Assembly (NCBI GenBank): GCA_001897435.1 | Contig: MKSV01000003.1 | Location: forward strand, 651,250-715,249 | Length of the DNA stretch: 64,000 nt | From: Acidobacteriales bacterium 59-55 | Lineage (GTDB): Bacteria; Acidobacteriota; Terriglobia; Terriglobales; Acidobacteriaceae | Direction of reading: 5' to 3' | In this document: positions 55,702-64,000 of the stretch, piece by piece | Layout: each line of letters begins with the position of its first letter | How positions within the stretch are numbered: position 1 is the stretch's first letter | The notes under the pieces: generated by a model | The model's input: the letters and a program-made list of their open reading frames with translations, nothing else | Databases searched by the model: none | Told to the model about the DNA's origin: nothing | Made by a program: the position numbers and the translations under genes

Positions 55702-55822
55702 GCCCTTTGGATTGCGGCGCTCAGCCTCCGGATTCAGCGGCGATCAAGTTTTCTAAGATGGTCTTAAGTATTCCGGGATGCTCTCTGTTTATTTTTTCAG
55801 GATGCTCTCTGTTTATTTTTCT

Positions 55823-56149
55823 TTAGCTCTTCTTCCTTGGCACCTTCGCGCCGGATTTGCGCGCCTCGGAGAGGCCGATGGCGATGGCCTGCTTGCGGCT
55901 GGTGACCTTCCTGCCGCTACCGCTCTTGAGCTTGCCCTGCTTCATGGCCTTCATCTCGCGCTCGACGCTCTTGCCGGCGGCCTTGCCGTACTTCGGGCTT
56001 GAGGTGCGCTTCTTCGCGGCTGTCTTTTTGGTTGCGGCTTTTTTGCTTGCGGCTTTTTTGGCTGAAGATTTTTTGGTCGTGGACTTTTTGGTAGATCTCT
56101 TTATCGATTTTTTTGCCGGGGATTTCTTTGCTGCCTTTTTCGTTGTCAT
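55823..56149 (-). CDS. Lys-rich histone-like protein with DUF6496-like C-terminus
   Basis: KKAA repeats; VEREMKAMKQGKLKSGSGRKVTSRKQAIAIGLSEARK. Confidence 0.8.
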   Translation of the reverse strand: MTTKKAAKKSPAKKSIKRSTKKSTTKKSSAKKAASKKAATKKTAAKKRTSSPKYGKAAGKSVEREMKAMKQGKLKSGSGRKVTSRKQAIAIGLSEARKSGAKVPRKKS

Positions 56150-56235
56150 AAGATTCTCCCTGTTTCTAAGAGTCTTGAATTGCGTCGATCGTTGCACGCA
56201 CCCTCATCGAGGGTTTGCCCGGTGAAGCAACAGGA

Positions 56236-56303
56236 AAATACAGGGGTCTCTCCACTGCGCGGCGGACGGTGAAGCTGTCCGCCGCTGCGGTCGAGATGAC
56301 GTG
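56236..56303 (-). repeat. REP-like family A
   Basis: Family A termini, reverse orientation. Confidence 0.8.
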
Positions 56304-56337
56304 AGTTTGTGGCGGGTAGTCCTTCGGTCGGAATGTT

Positions 56338-57861
56338 TCAGCGGGAGCGTCTGCGTCTCACCACGATGATTCCCAACAGCAGTGCAACCACCGATACGCC
56401 CAGCACCCGCGTTGTCATCTTTCTTATCCACGACGGCGTGCGTTCGAGCGAGCCGTCGCGCCATGCGGTCTGGACGGCGACGAGATCGGCGGTGAGGCCG
56501 GGGATGGTGATCGCGTTTAAATTCGTCGTGGGCAGCGAGCCGAAGATGCGTTCGGGCTCGGGCAGCTTGCCCGCGCGGTCCTTGGGGATGGCCTTGATGA
56601 GCGCGTTGATCTCGGCGTCGCGGGGATCGTCGAAGTAGATGGCTTCGGCGGTGTTGGGAAAGAGCGTGGCGTGGCCGGTCATCTTTTTCTCGATGGCGGC
56701 GATGCCGTCCTGGCAGACGCCGAGGGCGTAGTAGCCGCCGAAGGGAAGCGAGGGATGCGACCGGTGTTCGTGCATGTAGGCGACCGTCATCAGGCCGGCG
56801 AGCCGTGTGACCTCGACGGCGTCGCCGTTGCGGTACGCGTGCGCGCGGCGCCCCAGCACCCAGGGCTGGTCGAGCGTGTCCATGGTGCGGAACTCGGCCT
56901 TGCCGTCGATGCCGAAGTACCAACTGACGTCGGCGTTGATCTTCGGTCCGCGAATCTGCCACTCGTACTCGGCGTGGCTGACGGGGACGAGCAGCGTTCG
57001 CCTGGTGTCGGGAATGGCGATCTGCGAGCTGACCCAGAAGGGCATCATCACATCCTGGCCCTTGTAGTGGAAGTGGCCGAAGTTGGCGAAGTAGCGCGCG
57101 TCCCAGACGGTGACGGTGTGGCCTGAGTCCATCAGCGACTGGATCAGCGCGGCAGGCGTGATTGCCTGTCGGCCGTCAAGCTCGGCGGTCGCCGTGGCTG
57201 CGCCTCCGAGCGCATTGAGGCTGAGGCGATTGAGCAGGTCGGCGAGGCGCTGGCTCTCGGCGTGGAGCGGGGCGAGCGCGGGGTTGGCGTCGTCGCCGCG
57301 CACGACACCCTCGCCCATCGCGCTGACGATGCCTTCGGTGCTGAAGCCGGGGAGCGTCGATGGGCGGTCGAGCGAGATGGTGTGCGGCTGTTCGAGCGTG
57401 TAGCTGCCGAGGTCGATGAAGGGCGCGGCCTCGGCGGTGGTGATGGGGGCTTCGGGAGTGGGAGCGACGGGCGTCGTATCTTTTTTAACTACGACTTTTT
57501 TATCGACTTCTTTTTTAGCGACAACATGGCTGACGACGCGGACGGTGGGGTTGATCTCCTGCATGGTCCAGCCGGGGAAGCGGTCGAGGCCCTGCCAGTC
57601 CTTGCCGAGGATCAGCTCGCGGAGGTGCTTCATCAGGGCGGGCGTCAGCAGGGCGGGGCCTTTTTTGCCGTCCTTGTCCAGTTCGGCGAGCAGGGCGTCG
57701 GTGAAGCCGGGCGTGGCCGAGAGTTCGCGCATCATCTGGGACAGCATGATGGTATTGGCGGGCATAGGCTCCTCCGGCACGACGTAGGGCGCATCGCCGC
57801 GGCAACCGATCAGGAGGGCCAGAGCGATGGCGGAGACGATGCGGGTTGCGGGCGTGTGCAT
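56338..57861 (-). CDS. Hypothetical putative lipoprotein with C-terminal TM anchor
   Basis: ALLIG-C lipobox; C-terminal VLGVSVVALLLGIIVV-RRRR. Confidence 0.6.
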   Translation of the reverse strand: MHTPATRIVSAIALALLIGCRGDAPYVVPEEPMPANTIMLSQMMRELSATPGFTDALLAELDKDGKKGPALLTPALMKHLRELILGKDWQGLDRFPGWTMQEINPTVRVVSHVVAKKEVDKKVVVKKDTTPVAPTPEAPITTAEAAPFIDLGSYTLEQPHTISLDRPSTLPGFSTEGIVSAMGEGVVRGDDANPALAPLHAESQRLADLLNRLSLNALGGAATATAELDGRQAITPAALIQSLMDSGHTVTVWDARYFANFGHFHYKGQDVMMPFWVSSQIAIPDTRRTLLVPVSHAEYEWQIRGPKINADVSWYFGIDGKAEFRTMDTLDQPWVLGRRAHAYRNGDAVEVTRLAGLMTVAYMHEHRSHPSLPFGGYYALGVCQDGIAAIEKKMTGHATLFPNTAEAIYFDDPRDAEINALIKAIPKDRAGKLPEPERIFGSLPTTNLNAITIPGLTADLVAVQTAWRDGSLERTPSWIRKMTTRVLGVSVVALLLGIIVVRRRRSR

Positions 57862-57904
57862 TCGCCCATTAAACCTCAAGTGGGCGCGGCGGGGAGAGAG
57901 AGCA

Positions 57905-58200
57905 TGCCCCAGGGGCTAAAGCCCCTGATTTTTGAGCAGGGATAGAGGGCCAAGGCTGAAGCCTTGGCGTACCCAGAAGCAAGGACAACGGCAACGGCTA
58001 CGGCTACTGCTACGGCTACGGCTACGGCTACTGTGATCGCAAGGGCAACGGCAACGGCGAAATACAGGGGTCTCTCCACTGCGCTGCGCGATGAAGCCGC
58101 GCAGCTTCGGTCGAGATGACGTGAGTTCCGGGCGAGACGATGTGAGTTTGGGCGAGATGACGTGAGCTTGGGGCGAGACGTGAGCTTGGGGCGAGACGTG
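57905..58200. repeat. Composite repeat: GGGGCTAAAGCCCC-type palindromes, hexamer run, family A copy, degenerate tandem heads
   Basis: 57905-57972 hairpins; ACGGCT/ACGGCA run; family A 58060-58123; GGCGAGA(TGA)CGTGAG tandem to 58200. Confidence 0.7.
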
Positions 58201-58234
58201 GATTCGGGGTTTGATCGATGCGTTACAGCGCGGG

Positions 58235-59713
58235 TTAGCTGTCGAGTTTTTTGACGACCAGCTCGTTGAGCAGGGCGGGGTTGGCCTGGCCTTTGGAGAG
58301 ACGCATGACCTGGCCGACGAAGAAGGCCGAGACGGTCTTTTTGCCACCGCGATACTGCTCGACCTGTTTGGGGTTGGCGGCGATGACCTCGTCGATCATC
58401 TTTTCGATGGCCGAGGCGTCGGAGATCTGCTGCGGCTTCTCGCGCTCGTAGACGGCGGCGAAGTCCTCGTTCTTCTCGAAGCAGGTATCGAGGAGCTGCT
58501 TGAGCATCTTGCTGGAGAGTTCGCCGGACTCGGCCAGATCGGCGGCGAGGACGATGCCGTCCATGGAGACGGGCGACTGATCGAGCTCGAGGTTGGCGAG
58601 GCGGAGACGCATGGTCAACTCGCTGGTGAGCAGAGCGGCGACGCGCTTGGGGCTCTTCGCTTTCTTTGCCGCCGCTTCGAACTTGTCGGCGAAGGCGCGG
58701 GTGGCGGTGAGGGTGGCGGCGTCCTGATCGCTGATCTCGTAGTCGGCGATCATGCGGGCGCGGCGAGCTTCGGGCAGCTCGGGCAGGTTTTTGAGAATCT
58801 CGGCCTGCCATGCGGCTCCGACGACCAGCGGCGGAAGGTCGGGCTCGGGGAAGTAGCGGTAGTCGTGGGCCTGCTCCTTCGAGCGCATGGAGAACGTCCG
58901 GCCCTCGGCGTTGTTCCACAGGCGCGACTCCTGCACGACGCGGCCGCCGTCTTCGAGCACACCGATCTGGCGCTCGATCTCGTACTCGACCGCGGCGCGG
59001 ATGTATCTAAAACTATTGACGTTTTTGACCTCGGCCTTGGTGCCGAACTCCTTTGCGTCCTTGAGCATGACGCTGACGTTGGCGTCGCAGCGCAGCGAGC
59101 CCTCTTCCATGTTGCAGTCGCTGACGCCGGTGTAGAGGAGGATCTCTTTGAGTTTGGTGAGGTACTCGAAGACCTCGTCGGCGGTGCGCAGGTCGGGCTC
59201 GCTGACGATCTCGACCAGCGGCGTGCCGCAGCGGTTGAGGTCGATGTAGGTCTTCGAGACGGAGTCGGCAAAGCCGTCGTGAACGCTCTTGCCGGCGTCC
59301 TCTTCCATGTGCAGGCGGGTGACGCCGATGCGTTTGGGCTTGCCCGAGGCGTCGGGAACATCGATCCATCCGTTTTCGGCGATGGGCTTGTCGAACTGCG
59401 AGATCTGGTAGCCCTTGGGCGAATCGGGATAAAAGTAGTTCTTGCGGGAAAAGATACTGGTCTCGCGGATCTCGCAGTTGATCGCCTTTGCCGCCAGCAC
59501 CGCGAACTCGACGGCCTTGCGGTTGAGCACAGGCAGAGCGCCGGGCAGGCCGAGGCAGGTGGGGCAAACGTGGGTGTTGGGTTCGCCGCCGTACTGGTTG
59601 ACGCAGCCGCAGAAGGCCTTCGACGCGGTCAGGAGCTGGACGTGGACCTCCAGCCCGATGACAGGCTGATACTTGGCTAGAATCTCGGGCGAAAGCGCGG
59701 TGGCTGTGGACAT
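58235..59713 (-). CDS. gatB: Asp/Glu-tRNA amidotransferase subunit B
   Basis: VIGLEVHVQL, RKNYFYPD, HMEEDAGK, DLNRCGTPLVEIVSEPD, YRYFPEPDL. Confidence 0.98.
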   Translation of the reverse strand: MSTATALSPEILAKYQPVIGLEVHVQLLTASKAFCGCVNQYGGEPNTHVCPTCLGLPGALPVLNRKAVEFAVLAAKAINCEIRETSIFSRKNYFYPDSPKGYQISQFDKPIAENGWIDVPDASGKPKRIGVTRLHMEEDAGKSVHDGFADSVSKTYIDLNRCGTPLVEIVSEPDLRTADEVFEYLTKLKEILLYTGVSDCNMEEGSLRCDANVSVMLKDAKEFGTKAEVKNVNSFRYIRAAVEYEIERQIGVLEDGGRVVQESRLWNNAEGRTFSMRSKEQAHDYRYFPEPDLPPLVVGAAWQAEILKNLPELPEARRARMIADYEISDQDAATLTATRAFADKFEAAAKKAKSPKRVAALLTSELTMRLRLANLELDQSPVSMDGIVLAADLAESGELSSKMLKQLLDTCFEKNEDFAAVYEREKPQQISDASAIEKMIDEVIAANPKQVEQYRGGKKTVSAFFVGQVMRLSKGQANPALLNELVVKKLDS

Positions 59714-59931
59714 GATTTAGTTGATTCTACCAAGCCCGACGCGGCGGGCTTGCTTTTTGCCGTTGCGGCAGACCGGCTTTTTGCATCTCATATGGCGACT
59801 CTCCGCAAACCGAGGACGCCCTGAAGTTCTATTCGCGAGCCTCACAGCGGAGATGAATGGCGGAGATGAATTCTGAGTCGTAGCGCGCGCGAGGTCATCC
59901 AAAACACACAAATCAAGTTGAAAGGATTTTT

Positions 59932-60978
59932 ATGTCCGAGACCACGAATGCCGCAGCGACCAGACAGACCGCGCAAACAGCGGCGACAGCGAAGATCGTC
60001 CGATTTCACACCGTAGGCGGGCCCGAGGTGTTGCAGTTCGATGAGCTGCCCTTGCCGGAGCCGGCGGCGGGCGAGGTTCGCCTGCGCGTCAAGGCGATCG
60101 GGCTGAATCGCGCTGAAGCGTTGTTCCGGCAGGATCAATATCTGGTGAAGCCGATTCTTCCCGCGAAGCTGGGCTACGAAGCCTCGGGCACGGTGGAAGC
60201 GGTTGGGCCGGGCGTCGATGATGCGTGGCTGGGCAAGACGGTGAGCACCGTGCCCTCCTTCCCTGCCGACAAATATGGCGTCTATGGCGAGGTGGCCATC
60301 GTTCCGGCGAGCGCCATCGCCGAGTATCCGGCGAAACTTTCACCCGAAGAGGGCACCTCGATCTGGATGCAGTACGTGACGGCGTACGGCGGTCTGGTTC
60401 TGCATGGAAAGATTGCAAAGGGTGACTTCGTGATCCTCACCGCCGCCAGCAGCAGCGTGGGGCTGGCCGCCATCGAGATGGTGAAGGCCGAGGGCGCGAT
60501 CAGTATCGCCACCACGCGGACCGCGGCGAAGAAGGCCGAGCTGCTGTCGTTCGGAGCCGATCACGTTATCGTCACCGACGAAGAGGACCTGGTTGCGCGA
60601 GTGAACGAGATTACCGGGGGCAAGGGCGCGCGCGTGATCTTCGACCCGGTCGCGGGCAAGGGCCTTGAAACGCTGGCGCAGGCGGCGAGCGCGGGCGGCA
60701 TCCTTATTGAGTACGGATCGCTCGGCGGCGCAGGCGGCACACCGTTTCCGCTGGTCACTGCGCTGCTCAAAGGGCTGGAGATTCGCGGCTATACGCTGTT
60801 TGAGCTCTATGCCTCGCCCGACGACTTCAGCAAGGCGAAGCAGTATGTCTATGACCATCTCGCCTCGGGGCAGTTCAAGCCGCGCATCGACAAGGTGTTT
60901 CCGTTCGCCGAGATTGCGGAGGCGCATCGGTACATGGAATCGAACCAGCAGATCGGGAAGATCGTGGTTACCGTATAG
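59932..60978 (+). CDS. MDR family NADPH:quinone oxidoreductase-like protein
   Basis: AIGLNRAE, LGYEASG, TAASSSVGLAAI, AHRYMESNQQIGKIV. Confidence 0.88.
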   Translation: MSETTNAAATRQTAQTAATAKIVRFHTVGGPEVLQFDELPLPEPAAGEVRLRVKAIGLNRAEALFRQDQYLVKPILPAKLGYEASGTVEAVGPGVDDAWLGKTVSTVPSFPADKYGVYGEVAIVPASAIAEYPAKLSPEEGTSIWMQYVTAYGGLVLHGKIAKGDFVILTAASSSVGLAAIEMVKAEGAISIATTRTAAKKAELLSFGADHVIVTDEEDLVARVNEITGGKGARVIFDPVAGKGLETLAQAASAGGILIEYGSLGGAGGTPFPLVTALLKGLEIRGYTLFELYASPDDFSKAKQYVYDHLASGQFKPRIDKVFPFAEIAEAHRYMESNQQIGKIVVTV

Positions 60979-61040
60979 AAAAATTGACGAGGACTACTTC
61001 GGGAGATGATCCGTTCCGGGATACGAAGTGATAAAGGCGC

Positions 61041-61136
61041 AATACAGGGGTCTCTCCACTGCGCTTCGCTTCGGTCGAGATGACGTGCTTTTGTTGCGCC
61101 GCGCGATGAGGCCGCACGGCTGCGGTCGAGATGACG
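61041..61136 (-). repeat. REP-like family A (full copy plus extra head)
   Basis: AATACAGGGGTCTCTCC...GGTCGAGATGACG twice. Confidence 0.8.
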
Positions 61137-61253
61137 TCCGTTGCTGAACGGCTTCCACGGGCGGATGGAAGCCACGGTGGAAACCCACGTCCCAGAGGCG
61201 GGACGGGTGGCACCGGTTTTGTGCGCGGGGTGGAATCTGCCCGCCCCGTTCGT

Positions 61254-62261
61254 CTACGGATTCCGGATGTCGGGCGCTTCCTTGTTGTGGTTCAGGATCA
61301 GATCCACGTTGGTCCGGTCGACCAGCGCGACCCCGGTATCGACGAATGCCGGGAACGGAGAGAAGGGATCGAGATCGTAGTTGGCCGCGAGCGGCTTGAC
61401 CGGGTAGTGGTGTACCTCGTCGAGCGCCTTCAGGCCGAGCAGGGCCATCGTGTATGGTTTCTGCGAGATGGTGGAATCGATGACGCCGCTCTTGACCAGC
61501 TTCAGGGTGGCGTCGTCGACGTCCATGGCCACAAGCAGGTGTCCGGAGGCCTGCGCGTTGACGCGGCGGAAGGCTTCGCCGACGTCCTTGCCCGCGGAGG
61601 CTTCGAGGCAGATCATGGCATCGATCTTGTCGGCGCCGGTGCGGGTGAGGTACTGCTGCGCCTTGTCCATGGCGACGCCGGAGTCGCCCTTCATGTCGAA
61701 GACTTCGACGACCTTGATTCCGGGATATTTCGTAAAGACGTCCTTGTAGCCCTTGAGGCGATCCTCCAGATTCGGCTGCCCGGCTATGGTGAAGAAGGCC
61801 ACGTTGCCCTTGCCGTTCAATTGCGCCGCCACCCGCTCGCCGCCCAGCCGGCCGGCCTGCACATTGTTGGTCCCGATAAAGTAGAGGCGATGGCTGGCGG
61901 GCGCATCCGAGTCGAAGGTGATGACGGGAATTCCCGCCGCTACCGCGGCATCGATCTCCGGCGTCATCAACGCCTCGTTGGCGACGGAGACGAGAATGCC
62001 GGCGGGCTTGAGTGCAGCCGCGTCGTGAAATGCCTTAACCTCGCCGACGGGGTCGAAGTTGTCGGGTCCGAGCATCTCGGCGGTGACTCCATACTGCCCC
62101 GCGGCCTTGGCAAAGCCCGCAGCCGCCGTCTGCCAGTAAGGCAGCTTGATATTGGTGGCAATCAGATAGTAATGCTCGCTTGTGCTGTGACGGCTGCATC
62201 CTGCCAGAAGAGGAAGCAGCCCCAGGAATACCAGCCCAACCCATTTCCTCAAAATGCTCAT
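61254..62261 (-). CDS. Sugar ABC transporter substrate-binding lipoprotein (RbsB-type, orphan)
   Basis: LLAG-C lipobox, PYWQ..AGF, GIPVITFDSD, FIGTNN..AG, ISQKPY.M. Confidence 0.88.
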   Translation of the reverse strand: MSILRKWVGLVFLGLLPLLAGCSRHSTSEHYYLIATNIKLPYWQTAAAGFAKAAGQYGVTAEMLGPDNFDPVGEVKAFHDAAALKPAGILVSVANEALMTPEIDAAVAAGIPVITFDSDAPASHRLYFIGTNNVQAGRLGGERVAAQLNGKGNVAFFTIAGQPNLEDRLKGYKDVFTKYPGIKVVEVFDMKGDSGVAMDKAQQYLTRTGADKIDAMICLEASAGKDVGEAFRRVNAQASGHLLVAMDVDDATLKLVKSGVIDSTISQKPYTMALLGLKALDEVHHYPVKPLAANYDLDPFSPFPAFVDTGVALVDRTNVDLILNHNKEAPDIRNP

Positions 62262-62405
62262 CGTCTACCTCCAGCAGAGAACTGCCGTTCGACGCATCGC
62301 ACTCCGCCCAATTCGGCAGCCGCGCAGGTTATTTTCCCGCGGGTGCCAGATACTACTCCTAACCCGGCAACTCTGGCACGGCAATTCAACTAGAATCGAA
62401 GCAGC

Positions 62406-64000
62406 ATGGTTCTGCCCTTCGTCCGCGAGATGCTCGCGGACCTTGAACACTCTGATGCCTTCGAACGCGTACGCCGCCACCTGAGCGGGGGTACGGGGCG
62501 CAGACGTGTCTCTGGACTGACCGCCACGGCGCGCGCGCTGTATCTGCCGCTGTTCGTTCGCGCCGCCCATGCGCCGTGCGTCGTGATCGTTTCGGACAAC
62601 AAGGCCGCCGAGGCGCTGCACGCGGCGGTGCTGAGCGCCTGCGAGCTGACGGGCGCGCTGGACGCCGCGCAGGTGCTGCGACTGCCCGCGCATGACGTTC
62701 TCCCGTTTGAAAATCTTTCGCCGCATCTTGAGATTCAGGAGACGCGCGCCGGTGCGCTGTGGAAGATTGCCACCGGTGCGGCGCAACTGGTAATCGCGCC
62801 GGTCGAGGCGGCCTGCATGAGGCTGTTCGGCCGCGACTTCTACCGGGCGCTGGCGCTGCACCTCAAGACCGGCGAAGAGTACATGCCCGATATGCTGGTC
62901 GAGCACCTGCTCTCGGTGGGCTACGCTCAGGTCGATGTGGTGGAGATGCCGGGACAGGTGACGCTGCGCGGCGGCATCGTCGACGTATACGGCCCTGAGA
63001 TGGAGCGGCCGGTGCGCATCGACTTCTTCGGTGACGAGATCGAGTCGATCCGCAGGTTCGACCCGGAGACGCAGCGCTCGTCCTCTCCGCTAGATGAAGT
63101 GCTGCTGCTGCCGCTGACCGAGATTCCGGTGACGGAGAAGGTGCTGACTGCGATCAATGCGCGGCTGACGCGCAGCGGAGCGGCGGGCGCTGCGCTCGAA
63201 GGCGGCGAGGAGCCGGTGGAGTTGCAGACCCACGTTGCGACGCGCACCGACGAGGCGACCGTCTTTCCCGGGTGGGAGTTCTTCGCGCCAGTGGCCGGGG
63301 CGACGCATACGCTGCTCGATCTGCTGCCCGCCAAGGGAATACAGCCGCGGGTCTTTATAGAAGAGCCGGCGATGGTGAAGAACCAGGGCGAGCGCTGGTG
63401 GAATAAGGTCGAGCAGAGGCATGAGCGGTCGGGCATCGGCAACCTGGTGCGGCCGGAGGACATCTACCTTTCGCCGTGGGATCTCGATGATCGGCTGCGA
63501 AGATTTTGCGGCTGCGAGCTGGACCAACTGGGCGCGGTCGATGTGCTGGATGCCGACCGCAGCGATCTTTCGGAAGTAGAGTTTGCCACGCGGCCGACAC
63601 AGCGCTTTCACGGCAGCATCCCGGCGCTGATCGATCAGCTTAACGTTTTGATGAAGCAGGACGCGCGCATCCTGCTGACGGCTCCGAACCAGGGTGAAGT
63701 GGAACGGCTTGCGGGGCTGCTGCAGGAGTATCAGCTTCCCTATCGTCTGGGGTCGCGGACGGATCAGCATGGCGCGACGGTCTACTCCGAGGCCAGCCAT
63801 CTGGACAGCGAGCTGCGCACGCCGGTGATTGTGAAGACCGTCATCGCGGCGGGCGTGCAGGTGCTGGACCTCGACCGGACGACGGCGCGGCAGATCGTCA
63901 TCTTCGGAGCGCAGGATCTTTCAGACGACGCCGATGTGAGCGCGCGGCCGGTGCGGCGCGGCCGATCGAAGGCGGCGGCCTTCATCTCCGACTTCCGCGA
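62406..64000 (+). CDS. mfd: Transcription-repair coupling factor, 5' part
   Basis: Manual translation MVLPFVREML...LPAHDVLPFENLSPH...GYAQVDVVEMPGQVTLRGGIVDVY...RIDFFGDEIESIRRFDPETQRS (UvrB-homology N-terminus); open to window end. Confidence 0.85.
   Translation, partial: MVLPFVREMLADLEHSDAFERVRRHLSGGTGRRRVSGLTATARALYLPLFVRAAHAPCVVIVSDNKAAEALHAAVLSACELTGALDAAQVLRLPAHDVLPFENLSPHLEIQETRAGALWKIATGAAQLVIAPVEAACMRLFGRDFYRALALHLKTGEEYMPDMLVEHLLSVGYAQVDVVEMPGQVTLRGGIVDVYGPEMERPVRIDFFGDEIESIRRFDPETQRSSSPLDEVLLLPLTEIPVTEKVLTAINARLTRSGAAGAALEGGEEPVELQTHVATRTDEATVFPGWEFFAPVAGATHTLLDLLPAKGIQPRVFIEEPAMVKNQGERWWNKVEQRHERSGIGNLVRPEDIYLSPWDLDDRLRRFCGCELDQLGAVDVLDADRSDLSEVEFATRPTQRFHGSIPALIDQLNVLMKQDARILLTAPNQGEVERLAGLLQEYQLPYRLGSRTDQHGATVYSEASHLDSELRTPVIVKTVIAAGVQVLDLDRTTARQIVIFGAQDLSDDADVSARPVRRGRSKAAAFISDFR

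Noticed and set aside
55776-55820. Direct repeat GGATGCTCTCTGTTTATTTTT with 24-bp period
   Set aside because: Only two units and no spacer diversity; a local duplication at a convergent gene junction, not a CRISPR.
58131-58200. Short tandem GGCGAGA..CGTGAG units as a possible CRISPR array
   Set aside because: Degenerate heads of the REP family, no unique spacers, no cas genes.
62376-62392. TGGCACGGCAATTC as a sigma-54 promoter for mfd
   Set aside because: The -12 element mismatches, and a TAGAAT -10 box nearby is a simpler explanation.

Overview
High-GC bacterial chromosome segment, most consistent with Acidobacteriota/Acidobacteriaceae (inferred from PEP-CTERM proteins, GTCATCTCGACC/GGAGAGACCCCTGTATTT REP-like repeats and gene content). 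Most of it is housekeeping: pyrG, tldD/pmbA, fabD, bcp, hemL, purMN, htrA-like, coaE, folD, ppc, bamD, rpe, gatB and mfd (partial), plus a lysine-catabolism-type cluster (hglS-like, ydiJ-like, ALDH7). Two loci stand out. (1) 20007-22726 is a translationally coupled pair resembling a compact, divergent copper membrane monooxygenase. A 397-aa membrane protein carries both PmoC/AmoC-type metal motifs at the canonical spacings (D-x3-H-x12-H and D-x3-H-x13-H) fused to a PmoA-like half. Its partner has PmoB-like topology with a predicted mature N-terminal His. (2) 39533-42662 is a 3.1-kb minimal integrative element inserted at the ppc start codon. It has a 16-bp att duplication, symmetric arm-type sites, a hairpin-dense non-coding core, and a tyrosine integrase whose Arm and catalytic domains lie in different frames joined at a canonical -1 frameshift signal. 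All functional calls come from motif recognition by eye; no database searches were run.
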